This document shows positions 18,546-27,641 of a stretch of DNA of 64,000 nucleotides, in pieces (position 1 is the stretch's first letter; each line of letters begins with the position of its first letter). The translations under genes were made by a program, and so were the position numbers. The DNA lies in the NCBI GenBank assembly GCA_947501605.1, contig CANMWZ010000010.1:32001-96000 (forward strand), read 5' to 3'. The notes beneath the pieces were generated by a model, which searched no databases, was not told where the DNA came from, and saw only the letters and a program-made list of their open reading frames with translations. Source of the stretch: Planctomycetota bacterium (GTDB lineage Bacteria; Planctomycetota; UBA1135; UBA2386).

Positions 18546-19355
18546 ATGCATACCCTGCGAATCGTGTTCGAGATCGCGCGTCAGACCGCGCTGCTGCAGT
18601 TGCAGAACCGGTTGTTCCGCTTGCTGTGGCTCGCCTTGCTCGGCGTCGCGGCGTTGGTGTTTTTCATCGGCCTCAATGCCCCGACACACTTGCAGGGCCG
18701 ACACCTGTTCGCAGTGGCCACGTGGTGGATCCTGATGAACGTCACGATGCCATGGACGACCATGTACTTTGGTGTCCAAGCAGTGCACGGAGACGTAGAG
18801 GACCGAACGTTTCAGTACCTGTTCATCCGACCCGTTCCTCGCTTTGCCGTGTTGCTGGGCAAATGCATGGCGGTGGCTGGCTTGGCCGCGTTGAGTCATG
18901 CTTTCGGCATGGCGATGGTGTTCTTGGCGGCAGCGCTCCATCCTGATCGCTGGGCCGATGGCATCGAATGGGAGCTGTTGGTGGTGTTCGCCCAAGCGAG
19001 CTTGTTGCTGGCCGTCGCCTACTCGGCGGTTGCCTGCCTGTTCGGCGCGTTCTTCAAGCGGCCACTGGTCTGGTGCGCGGGCTTCATCCTGTTCTGCCAG
19101 ATGTTCTTGGCCAACCTGCCCTCTCAGGCTGGTATCCGGTTGGCGACCATTGCCGACCCGGTGCGCCGCTTCGTGCTCGATCGTCTCGACCCGGACCCGC
19201 GGCTTGCTCGTGCTTTGTGGCCGAGCGAGCGGAACTGGAACGATGCTCTGATCGGCAACCCGTTGCTGAACTTGTCCATCTTGGTGGCTGTCGCCCTCGT
19301 CCTCGCCCTCGTTTCGTACTCGCGCAGCGAGTACGACTCGCGCGAGCGAGAATGA
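18546..19355 (+). CDS. ABC-2-type permease
   Basis: Start MHTLRI at 18546. Multiple TM helices and the loop DVEDRTFQYLFIRPVPR...LLGK. Confidence 0.85.
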   Translation: MHTLRIVFEIARQTALLQLQNRLFRLLWLALLGVAALVFFIGLNAPTHLQGRHLFAVATWWILMNVTMPWTTMYFGVQAVHGDVEDRTFQYLFIRPVPRFAVLLGKCMAVAGLAALSHAFGMAMVFLAAALHPDRWADGIEWELLVVFAQASLLLAVAYSAVACLFGAFFKRPLVWCAGFILFCQMFLANLPSQAGIRLATIADPVRRFVLDRLDPDPRLARALWPSERNWNDALIGNPLLNLSILVAVALVLALVSYSRSEYDSRERE

Positions 19356-19382
19356 CCTCCTTCGGGGCCTCGCGCGCTGCGC

Positions 19383-20720
19383 ATGCCGAATAGTCCACTG
19401 AATCCGGGACTGCTGATCCCCGGCGAGGCACCCCAGACGCGCCACCTGCTCTCGCAGGTTGCATGGTTCAACCGCTTGCGCATCTACGCCGCCGCTGGAG
19501 TGGTGTGGGGCACGGCGTTGGCAACGCATGTGATCGCCGTCGTCGAGCAGCCGTGGCCGCTGTACTCGCTGGGCGCGCTGATTGCGCTCGTCGACGGCGG
19601 CTACATGCTGTACTTCCCGACGCTGTCGCGGCTGTCGATCCGGCACGTTCGCAGACACGTGTTCTCGCAGATCACCATCGACCTGCTGATCCTGACGACG
19701 CTGCTGCACTTCACCGGCGGAGTCACCAATCCGCTGCTGTCCTTCTACCTGTTCCACGCGTTCATCGCGGCGCTGGTGCTGTCCGAGGTTGCGGGCTTTG
19801 CCGTGGGTGCGATGTCGTTGGTGTTGGTTTGCGGGCTCGCGTTCGGCGAACGCTCAGGGCTGCTGTCGCACCACCCACTGTCCCTGGGTCTGGTGGACCT
19901 CTTTGCCGTCGAGCCGCTGGGGTTTGCGCTGGTGCTGTTTGCCTTTGCGACGACGTTGGCGTGCTCCGTCTACTTTGTCGCGCAGGTCCTGCGGCGGCTG
20001 CGCGCGGGCGAAGCCCAGCTCATCCGTATGGGGCGTCACCTGGCTCTGAGTGAAAAGCTCGCCTCGATCGGGACTCTGGCGGCCGGAGTCAGCCATGAGA
20101 TCAACAACCCTGTCGGCGTCATCGCCAACAAGGTGCAGGTGCTGCGCTACCGGGTGCAGGACGGGGACGAACCGCAGAAGCTGCTCTTGGAACTCGATGT
20201 CGTCGAGAAGCACGCTCGCCGGATCGGCCAGATCACTGCTGGGCTGCTGGCGTTCTCGCGCGAGACGCCGTTCGAGTTGCGCTCGGTCGATGTTGCGCAA
20301 CTGGTCCGCGAAGCCGTCGACCTCGTGCGGGTGCCGTTCCGGTCGGCTCAGGTCGAGTTGCGCGTGTCACCAGGAGACGCTGTGACGGTGCTCGGGTCGA
20401 CGAATCACCTGCTGCAGGTGCTCATCAACATCCTGCTCAACGCCAAGGACGCGTCGTCGGTGGGCCGCGAGGTGGAACTGCGATGGGAGCACTTGGGGTC
20501 GGAGGCGGCGATCTCGATCGTCGATGAAGGCACCGGGATTCCGCCGGACGTGCTGGCAAAAGTGTTCGACCCGTTCTTCACCACGAAGGACGTGGACAAG
20601 GGCACAGGTCTTGGCCTCGCGATCAGTCACGGGATCGTGGAGCGGCACCACGGCCGCATCGAGGTCGAGTCGAAGCTCGGGGAAGGGACGGTGTTCCGAG
20701 TCATCCTGCCGACCGAGTGA
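19383..20720 (+). CDS. Orphan sensor histidine kinase with a RegB/PilS-like multi-TM input and an NtrB-like kinase core
   Basis: About 6 TM helices containing TGGVTNPL. H-box SHEINNP, N-box NILLNA, and FDPFFTTK...GTGLGL. Confidence 0.92.
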   Translation: MPNSPLNPGLLIPGEAPQTRHLLSQVAWFNRLRIYAAAGVVWGTALATHVIAVVEQPWPLYSLGALIALVDGGYMLYFPTLSRLSIRHVRRHVFSQITIDLLILTTLLHFTGGVTNPLLSFYLFHAFIAALVLSEVAGFAVGAMSLVLVCGLAFGERSGLLSHHPLSLGLVDLFAVEPLGFALVLFAFATTLACSVYFVAQVLRRLRAGEAQLIRMGRHLALSEKLASIGTLAAGVSHEINNPVGVIANKVQVLRYRVQDGDEPQKLLLELDVVEKHARRIGQITAGLLAFSRETPFELRSVDVAQLVREAVDLVRVPFRSAQVELRVSPGDAVTVLGSTNHLLQVLINILLNAKDASSVGREVELRWEHLGSEAAISIVDEGTGIPPDVLAKVFDPFFTTKDVDKGTGLGLAISHGIVERHHGRIEVESKLGEGTVFRVILPTE

Positions 20721-20789
20721 AGTCGCACGTCGTTGCGGTGGCTGCGGCGCGCTGCGACGACATCTGGTGGCGGCAACGTCAAGAAGTGC

Positions 20790-20817
20790 TTGCGGGGCGG
20801 CGCACGCGCCGTAGCCT
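20790..20817 (+). promoter_or_regulatory. Putative sigma70-type promoter for the ncRNA candidate
   Basis: TTGCGG (20790-20795), 16-nt spacer, TAGCCT (20812-20817). Confidence 0.35.
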
Positions 20818-20823
20818 CTGCGC

Positions 20824-21053
20824 CTGTGTTGGGCGGTCGCACCTTGGGAGGGGGCCACCTGCACGAACCGCCAGGACTAGGCATCCTGGTGGTTCGCTCT
20901 GGTCGCTCGTTCGCGGGCTTGGTCGGCTTGCCGACTGCGGCAGATTCCGGTTGGGACCGGTCTTCGACAAGCAAGGCTGCTCGCTGTCGCTGCTCGCGGA
21001 TGAGCCTAGGGAAACCGCGCCGTCGGGGTGCAAGCTCCGGCGGCGCTCTTTAT
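20824..21053 (+). ncRNA. Candidate structured non-coding RNA (family not recognised)
   Basis: Several stems whose mismatches are G-U pairs only on the + strand: 20864-20876/20884-20896, 20905-20917/20993-21005, a G(CUUG)C tetraloop hairpin at 20922-20935, 20947-20960, and a terminal GCAA-loop hairpin followed by a U-tract. No credible ORF. Confidence 0.55.
21017..21053 (+). terminator. Intrinsic terminator (+ strand)
   Basis: 13-bp stem GCGCCGTCGGGGT/GCTCCGGCGGCGC with a GCAA loop, followed by TCTTTAT. Confidence 0.65.
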
Positions 21054-21180
21054 CGATGCTGGGCCCGAGCCATCGATTGCGGTGTTGGCCGGCAGCGCCC
21101 GCCTCGCAGTCGGGTGCGGAGCCGATCCAGCGGAGGTGAGGCCAGCCGTCGCCGGGCCAGCGTTCGAGTCGGCTGGCGGC

Positions 21181-21222
21181 AGAAACAACGCAGGCCGCTT
21201 GGTGGAACCAAGCGGCCTGCGT
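21181..21222 (-). terminator. Intrinsic terminator of the tex operon (- strand)
   Basis: Perfect 16-bp inverted repeat 21188-21203/21207-21222, followed on the - strand by TGTTTCT. It lies 60 nt past the last gene. Confidence 0.7.
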
Positions 21223-21282
21223 AAGTGCTCATGCCACCCTCCGGAGCAGTGGCCTCCGGGGACGGCTGCGTGTGAGCGATCG

Positions 21283-21504
21283 TCAGAGTTTGACGTCGAC
21301 GACCTGATCGACACGGAAATCAAAGCTGATCTCCTCGTCGATGTTGATCAGGCGGCCCGTGCCCTTGAACTCGTTGAAGATGATGGCGCCCGACAGCGAG
21401 CGGCCATCATCGAGAGACAGCTGCACCCAGTCGGCTTGACGGGCGTTCATCAGCAGGTCGTAGACCTCTTCCCGCGTGGGGCGAGTGACATTGCGCTCAG
21501 CCAT
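21283..21504 (-). CDS. Small (73-75 aa) conserved-looking beta-rich protein, possibly Sm/Hfq- or SH3-like
   Basis: AG-rich RBS (GGAGTAGAGAGGA) and high GC3. An N-terminal helix followed by VQLSLDDGRSLSGAI resembles the Sm1 motif. Start is 21504 or 21510. Confidence 0.75.
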   Translation of the reverse strand: MAERNVTRPTREEVYDLLMNARQADWVQLSLDDGRSLSGAIIFNEFKGTGRLINIDEEISFDFRVDQVVDVKL

Positions 21505-22231
21505 TTTCATTCCTCTCTACTCCTTCCGTTTGCGCGGAACGTGTCCGCAGCGCTCGGGAAACCGCATTGGGACCGGCAAGGCCGGCTTGGAACAGTATCC
21601 GTGACCAGGATTCGAATCGGGCCGGATCTTGCCACAGGTTGTCCAACTCAGCAAGGTGCCGGAAGCCCCCAGCCATTTTGGAGACCTCGCGAACGCGCAC
21701 GATGGGCACGCCGGGAGCCGGGCTCGGGAAATCGAGGGCGTAGACCAAGCCGCAATGTACGCGACCGACTTCGGTCGCGTCGTCGTTGAGCAGGCCGCAA
21801 AAAGCCGGTTTGGGCACGTCGCGGACCTCGCCGTCGGCCGTCGCCGCCGCGGTGACGAAGGCGAGTTCTTCCTCGAGTTCCTGCAGCAGCGCGGCCGCGA
21901 AGAAGCTGTGAGACCCGGTCAGGGCTGCGGGCCTCGGGTTGATGTGGCCACCGATGCCGATCGAGAGCAGATTGTGTAGGCGCACCTCGGTCTGCGCCTG
22001 CTTTCGCTGCACGCAGAACACCTGCGCGGGGCGGCGCAGCACGCAGTACGGAATCAGCTGCTTCCATTCCGGGTTCTGCTCGGCCTCGGGGCGGCCGACG
22101 AAGAAACCACGCTGGACGAATTCGTCGAGCATTCCGGCCGTGTGGGCCCCTTGCTCGAGGAAACCCTGCGGCCAGTCACCGCCGAAAAAGTCGCGACGGG
22201 CGACAACGAAGACTTCTTCCACGGCGGCCAT
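21497..22231 (-). CDS. Nudix-fold phosphoesterase (COG4112 / YmaB-like)
   Basis: AEQNPEWKQLIPY, EVRLH...SIGIGGHIN, ELEEE and GLLNDD..VGRVHCG. Confidence 0.85.
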   Translation of the reverse strand: MAAVEEVFVVARRDFFGGDWPQGFLEQGAHTAGMLDEFVQRGFFVGRPEAEQNPEWKQLIPYCVLRRPAQVFCVQRKQAQTEVRLHNLLSIGIGGHINPRPAALTGSHSFFAAALLQELEEELAFVTAAATADGEVRDVPKPAFCGLLNDDATEVGRVHCGLVYALDFPSPAPGVPIVRVREVSKMAGGFRHLAELDNLWQDPARFESWSRILFQAGLAGPNAVSRALRTRSAQTEGVERNENG

Positions 22232-22247
22232 CGATGGGTCTCGCCTC

Positions 22248-24989
22248 TCAGCTCTTCGAGCCGTCGCCCGAGCCCCCATCGCCCGAGCTTCCGTCGCCCT
22301 TGGACTTGGGCTCGGCCTGCTTTTGCAGCAGGTTGCGGAGGCCCGCGAGCGAGGTCAACTCGCCGCGGTGGCCCTTGGTCTCCGCTGCTTCGCGACCGCT
22401 CTCGATCGTGAACACGCGCGGATCGTTGGCGCGGCCAGGACCGCGATCGTCGCGATCGCGCCCGCCACGGTCCCCGCGATCGTCGCGGCCGCCAAAGCGG
22501 CTACCCCGGCCGCCACCATCGCGGCCACCAAAGCGCCCGCCGCCGCCTTCGCGACCGCGTCCACCGTGGCGCTCACCGCCGCCCTTCTGGCCTTCTCCGA
22601 CGGCTGCCGGCGTTGCGCCTTCGACCGGCGCTTCGCCGCTCTCGAGCAGCATCCGATCCTTCTCGGGCTTGCCTTCCGGGGTCAGCGGCGCCGAACGGTT
22701 GCGGCCGCGGCGGCTTTCCGGGGCCCGCGCGGCGCGCGACAACACCGGTGTCTGCGGCTCGTCGCGGCGCGGGCGGCGCTCACGGCGATCGGCCGGGCGA
22801 TCGAGTTTCTCGCCGAGCGTGGGGGCCCGCCCTTCGAACACGTGACGCGGCGGGTGCATCGTCAGCGAGATCTTGCGCGTCTCCAGGTCAAGGTGCGCGA
22901 TCCAGACTTGCACGACCTCGCCGACGCGTAGCATTTGCTGCGGGTCGCGGAGCCGGTAGCCGGGGATCTGCGAGATGTGGATCAGCCCGTCCTGACCGAT
23001 GCCGAGATCGACGAACGCGCCGAACTCTGTGAGATTGGCGATCCGACCCCGCAGTTCGAGGTCGACTCGCAAGTCGGCCATCGTGTGCACGCCCTGGTTG
23101 GTCGTCGCGGTTAGTTCCCCGCGCGCGTCCGTGCTGGCGTTGCGCAGCGCATTCACGGTGTTCAGCACACGTTGACGGTCGACATCCGGGCCGGTGAAGG
23201 CATCAAGGTCCGCATCCCGCAGGTCCTTGCCGAACAGCTCTTGGACCGCGACGCCCTGCTTCTGCGCGATCGCGCGGGCGATGTCGTAGTCTTGCGGCAG
23301 CACCGGGCTGCGATCGAGTGGCTCGTCGCCGCCTTCGATGTGGAGGAAGCTGCTGAAGTTGGCGACGGTTGCTGCATCAAAACCCGCAACCTCGAGTAGC
23401 TGCGCCCGATTGCGGAAGCCGCCGATCTTCTTCTTGTGGTCCAGGATCGACTTGGCGCGCTCCGCGCCGACGCCGGGCACATAGGCCAACAGATCGAGAT
23501 CTGCCGTGTTCAGGTCGACCCCGACGGCGCCGACGCACGAGCTGACGACGGCGTCGAGCTCGCGCTCCAGCACGCCCTGGTGCACGTCATCCAGGGTCTG
23601 GCCGAGTCCCAGTGTGCGGAACTCCATCCCGAGCAATTCGCGCATCGGGTCCTGCAGCCGGCGGCCCAGTGAGATCGCAGTGCGCACGCCGACTTCGACG
23701 CCAGGCATCGCGCGGCGGCCGGTGGAGCTGGTCGCGAAGATCGCCGAAGCCGCTTCGTCGACCGGGATCAGCATCGGTAGCTCTTCTTTGGTGAGCGACT
23801 GGCGCAATGACTCGACGAGTTTCTCGGCGGCAATCTGGCGCTTGCCGTGCGGCAGTGCGATCGCGGCCGGCTTCTCGGTGCGGATCAAGGTGCAGAGTTC
23901 CGCGACCATCGCCGAGCGCTGTTCGTCGGTCTCGCTGTGCAGCGTCTTGTGCTGTGCGACCGAGCCATCTTCGCCGAGCAGGGCGAGCCACACCGTCTTG
24001 CTGCTGTTGCGCAGAGCCAGCACCTTCTTGTGCCCGAGCGGGGGGGCCATCAACTGCGAGCGGAGGTTGCGCGCGTAGGTGCGCACCGCTTCGCGGTCGG
24101 CCTTCTCTTTGAGGCGGCGACGGACATCGCGACCGCAGCCAGCGCACAAGCCGCTCTGCCAGGCGTGGTCGAAGACGACGTCATAGAACTCGCGCAGCGG
24201 CGAATCGGCCGGCAAGTCGTCACAGTGCAAGGATCGCAGCACCTCGCGGTGCTGTTGGTCGGGCAGCGTCAGTTCGAGCTCAAGGATCTTCTCACGCTCG
24301 GCGCGGCGCAGCGCCAGCATGCGGCTGGCAGAGATACGGCTGATGGGCTCGGCGAAGTTGAAGAACTGCTCATAGCGTTCTTGACCACCCTTGCCGGGAT
24401 TGACAGCCTTGGCGCGCAGGACGCCGCGGCGCAGTTCGTCGCGACACTTTGCCCGCGTCGTTGGATCGAGCACGATCTTCTCGGCGAGGATCAAGGCAAC
24501 GCCTTCGAGTACGGACTCCACGGACGGCATGCCGTTCGCTTCCGACACGTACTGCTGCGCGGCTTCGGCGAGGCCTTGTTCCCCGAGTTGCCGGTGCTGG
24601 ATCGCCAAGGCCAATGGCAGCAGGCCCTTCTCCTCCATCTGCATCGCCGTCGTGCGGCGGCGCGGACGCAGCGACTGGTAGAGATCGTCGATCAGGTCCT
24701 GGTCGAAGCAGGTCTGCAGCATTGTGCGCAGCGGCTCGACCTCCCGACCGCGCTCCTGCGCTTGCTGGAGGATCGCATCCTTGCGCTGCTCCAGTTCGAG
24801 GAGGAAGTGCAGCCGGTCCGCGATCGCCGCCAGCCGGTCTTCCGGCATGCCGCCGCACAGGTGGCGACGGAAGCGAGCGATGAGGACGGGCGGCTCACCG
24901 TGTTCGAGCAGGGACACCGCGGCGGCGATGTGGTCCTTGTTGCTGTCGAATTCGGCGCAGAGACGATCGAGGGTGGCGTCGTTTGCCAT
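22248..24989 (-). CDS. tex: Tex-like RNA-binding transcription accessory protein (HhH + S1) with an RGG-rich tail
   Basis: Tex N-terminus (LIARFRR...DDLYQSLRPRRRT.A), SLGRRLQDPM, VGVDLNTA...PGVG (HhH) and S1 (LTEFGAFVDLGIGQDGLIHISQ). Start MANDAT at 24989. Confidence 0.9.
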   Translation of the reverse strand: MANDATLDRLCAEFDSNKDHIAAAVSLLEHGEPPVLIARFRRHLCGGMPEDRLAAIADRLHFLLELEQRKDAILQQAQERGREVEPLRTMLQTCFDQDLIDDLYQSLRPRRRTTAMQMEEKGLLPLALAIQHRQLGEQGLAEAAQQYVSEANGMPSVESVLEGVALILAEKIVLDPTTRAKCRDELRRGVLRAKAVNPGKGGQERYEQFFNFAEPISRISASRMLALRRAEREKILELELTLPDQQHREVLRSLHCDDLPADSPLREFYDVVFDHAWQSGLCAGCGRDVRRRLKEKADREAVRTYARNLRSQLMAPPLGHKKVLALRNSSKTVWLALLGEDGSVAQHKTLHSETDEQRSAMVAELCTLIRTEKPAAIALPHGKRQIAAEKLVESLRQSLTKEELPMLIPVDEAASAIFATSSTGRRAMPGVEVGVRTAISLGRRLQDPMRELLGMEFRTLGLGQTLDDVHQGVLERELDAVVSSCVGAVGVDLNTADLDLLAYVPGVGAERAKSILDHKKKIGGFRNRAQLLEVAGFDAATVANFSSFLHIEGGDEPLDRSPVLPQDYDIARAIAQKQGVAVQELFGKDLRDADLDAFTGPDVDRQRVLNTVNALRNASTDARGELTATTNQGVHTMADLRVDLELRGRIANLTEFGAFVDLGIGQDGLIHISQIPGYRLRDPQQMLRVGEVVQVWIAHLDLETRKISLTMHPPRHVFEGRAPTLGEKLDRPADRRERRPRRDEPQTPVLSRAARAPESRRGRNRSAPLTPEGKPEKDRMLLESGEAPVEGATPAAVGEGQKGGGERHGGRGREGGGGRFGGRDGGGRGSRFGGRDDRGDRGGRDRDDRGPGRANDPRVFTIESGREAAETKGHRGELTSLAGLRNLLQKQAEPKSKGDGSSGDGGSGDGSKS

Positions 24990-25239
24990 GGGGCTTAGCC
25001 GTGGGGGATCCCAGGCTGGCTGTCTTCGGGAGAGAACCTGTGGACGGAGGATCCTGCTGCAGCGGGCTGCAGCGTGCGGCGAAAGCGCAGGGTCGCTAGG
25101 CGGCGCGGAAACGGCGCGGAACCATAGCAGACATCTTCGCCGGACCACAGGGGCCCATGGCCAGACCCGCGGCGTTCGCGCCCAGGCGGAGGACAGAACG
25201 TTGCGGTGGGCCCTCCTGGACTCCAAGATCAGATCCCCG

Positions 25240-26310
25240 ATGACCGCCAACGGCGAGCTTTCCAACGTCCGTCGGATTTTTGTGCGGGCGCCAAACTGGG
25301 TCGGGGATTTCGTCATGGCGACGGCCGCGTTCGCCCGCATCCGGCGGGCGTTTCCTGCGGCTCACATTGCCCTCGGCGGGCGACCCTTCTTGCAGCCGCT
25401 GATCGCTGGCAGCGATTGGTGCGATGAGTTCCTGCCGACCCCTAGAGCCGGCGGCCTGCGCGGGTTGCTCGCCCAGATTCGGGCTGTGCGGCAGGGCCGC
25501 TTCGACCTCGCGGTGGTGTTGCCGAACTCCCTGGAGACGGGGCTGGTACCGTTCCTCGCCGGTGTGCCGCTGCGCCTTGGCTACCGCCAGGGGCGGCCGC
25601 TGCTGATGAACCGCGGCCTCACCGTGCCGGCGCAGCGCCAGCTGTGGCAGAAACGCGTCGGTCCAAGGCGCAAGCCGGTACCGATGCCGCGCTACTACAA
25701 AGAACTGCTCGACGTGCTGCAGTTGCCGGGCGCCGATATGCACCCGCAACTGTGTGTGACCCAGGAGGAGTCGGCCTGGGTCGATGCCGACCTCGAGGCT
25801 CGCGGGATCGGCCCACACGAACGCATCGTCTTGATCGTGGTCGGAGCCAACTTCGGCGCCAGCAAACTGTGGTTGCCGGAGCGCTTCGCCGAGGTCGCCC
25901 GCCACTTCCGAGCGCTTGGCTACCGCCCGCTCGTGACCGTGGGGCCGAGCGAGGTTGACCTCGGCAAGCGAATCGCCGAGGCCGGCGGCGTGCAGGCCCT
26001 GGTCGATCCCGTTCTGCCGCTCGACAAGCTCAAGGCTCTGGTTCAGCGTTGTGTGCTGATGGTGACCGGGGACACCGGCCCTCGGCACCTCGCCGTGGCG
26101 TTCGATCGACCCGTCGTGTGCTTGATGGGGCCGACCGACCGCAGCTACACGGATTACTGCACGGAACGCACCGAGTTGATCCAGAAGGACCTCCCATGTG
26201 TGCCGTGTCAGCGCAAAGTGTGCCCACTGGGGCACCATCAGTGCATGCGCGATATCGCGGTCGCGGACGTGGTGGCTGCAAGCGAGCGGTTGCTCACCCG
26301 CTGGACGTAG
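25240..26310 (+). CDS. waaF: ADP-heptose:LPS heptosyltransferase II (GT9)
   Basis: APNWVGDFVMA, LPNS, GANFGASKLW, DTGPRHLA and a C-terminal CxPCxxxxCPxGHHxCM. Confidence 0.88.
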   Translation: MTANGELSNVRRIFVRAPNWVGDFVMATAAFARIRRAFPAAHIALGGRPFLQPLIAGSDWCDEFLPTPRAGGLRGLLAQIRAVRQGRFDLAVVLPNSLETGLVPFLAGVPLRLGYRQGRPLLMNRGLTVPAQRQLWQKRVGPRRKPVPMPRYYKELLDVLQLPGADMHPQLCVTQEESAWVDADLEARGIGPHERIVLIVVGANFGASKLWLPERFAEVARHFRALGYRPLVTVGPSEVDLGKRIAEAGGVQALVDPVLPLDKLKALVQRCVLMVTGDTGPRHLAVAFDRPVVCLMGPTDRSYTDYCTERTELIQKDLPCVPCQRKVCPLGHHQCMRDIAVADVVAASERLLTRWT

Positions 26311-26322
26311 GGCCGGCGGGCG

Positions 26323-27552
26323 TTACTGCGTGAAGGCCGCGGCGCAGAAGCTGACGACCTGACTACCGTCCTCAGCAAGAGCTTGGCCGTAGTGGAGCAG
26401 CGACGCCTGGCCTTCCGCCAGCAGCGCACACAGGGTGATCGCGGGCGCCGAGCACACCCGGTCGTCGTTGCCCGGCCCTTCGATGGCCTGATGAAACGCT
26501 CCGGCATCGCCGCGCGTCAGGTGGACTAGGCGCCCCCGGTCATCGTGCTCCAGGCGCGCGCAGCGGGCGCGGTCCACCGGTTCGACATCGTCGAATAGCG
26601 GGCCCAAGTGGGCGAGGTCGGCACCGGCGATCCACAGGACCCGACCGCCGCGCTGCGCGGCCGCAGCTCGGAACGATGCGACCAGCCGGTGCAGCCAGGG
26701 CTCGCGGGTCGGGTCACCATCCCCAGAGGGCAGGGCGCCGCAGAGAAACGCGGCGACGGTCGGCGGCGGCAGGCGCAGCTGTTCATGAACGAACTGCAGC
26801 CACAGCACCTGGAACTCCAGCGAGTGTTCGCCGCGGTGCATCAGCACGTCCTCGGTCCGGGGGGCGTGAACTTCTTGGTGCACGGCGGCCACAAAGGCGC
26901 GGTCCGTTCTGCAGGTTCCAAGCGGCGTGCTCCAGTCGAGCGCAAGGCCCGCGACGGGGCCAGCTGGGCCTTGGTGACCGGTCCCGAAGAGAACGTAGAG
27001 ATCGGCTGGTCCGCTAGCGAGTAGGTGACCGTAGGCGGCGCCGTAGCCGAGCTGGCCACGAAGGAGATCGATGTGCGGCGCGATCAGCCCCGTGGTGACA
27101 CTCGTCAGTGCGGGGCGGGTCCGGCACAGAGACAGCGTCCGTTCGAGTTCGCGGCGCAGACCAGCAGCGTCGGCGGGATAGCCAGCCGACCCGGCATGCG
27201 CCGCCTCGCGAACGCCGGTCGCAAGCCACTGCGCCAAAACCTGGTCGCGGGCACGTTCGTAGCGCTCAGAGTGAAGCAGGAGTCGCTCGTCAAGGTGTGC
27301 GACGAGACCGGCGACGTCCGCCGGTCGGATGGCAAGGCGGAGCTCGCGGCTCGCTGCCGTTGCGATCGCGGCCACCGACTGCATGCCATCGAGACGTATT
27401 AAGACCGGCAAGAACTCGCGCGGTACGAAGCTCGGCTCGGCAATCCCCAGCGGATCATGGAAGGCGATGCCATCGACGTTCTGGTGCACGACGCGTTCGC
27501 TCGGCAGGGCGCGTAGCGGCGGCGGGCAGTACGAAGGATCGGCCTTGGACAT
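26323..27552 (-). CDS. amrB: AmmeMemoRadiSam system protein B (MEMO1 family) with an N-terminal PqqD/winged-helix-like extension
   Basis: AHAGSAGYP, IAPHID..RG..GY, FGTGH, TPLG, EHSLEFQ, ADLAHLG and RVC. Start MSKAD at 27552. Confidence 0.85.
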   Translation of the reverse strand: MSKADPSYCPPPLRALPSERVVHQNVDGIAFHDPLGIAEPSFVPREFLPVLIRLDGMQSVAAIATAASRELRLAIRPADVAGLVAHLDERLLLHSERYERARDQVLAQWLATGVREAAHAGSAGYPADAAGLRRELERTLSLCRTRPALTSVTTGLIAPHIDLLRGQLGYGAAYGHLLASGPADLYVLFGTGHQGPAGPVAGLALDWSTPLGTCRTDRAFVAAVHQEVHAPRTEDVLMHRGEHSLEFQVLWLQFVHEQLRLPPPTVAAFLCGALPSGDGDPTREPWLHRLVASFRAAAAQRGGRVLWIAGADLAHLGPLFDDVEPVDRARCARLEHDDRGRLVHLTRGDAGAFHQAIEGPGNDDRVCSAPAITLCALLAEGQASLLHYGQALAEDGSQVVSFCAAAFTQ

Positions 27553-27641
27553 GGGCGGGGTAGGATAGCTGGCCGGGGGGTCGCTGCGGCGACGCCCACA
27601 GGCTAACCAAGACTGCTGGGGCGAGACCCCGCGTCCGATCC

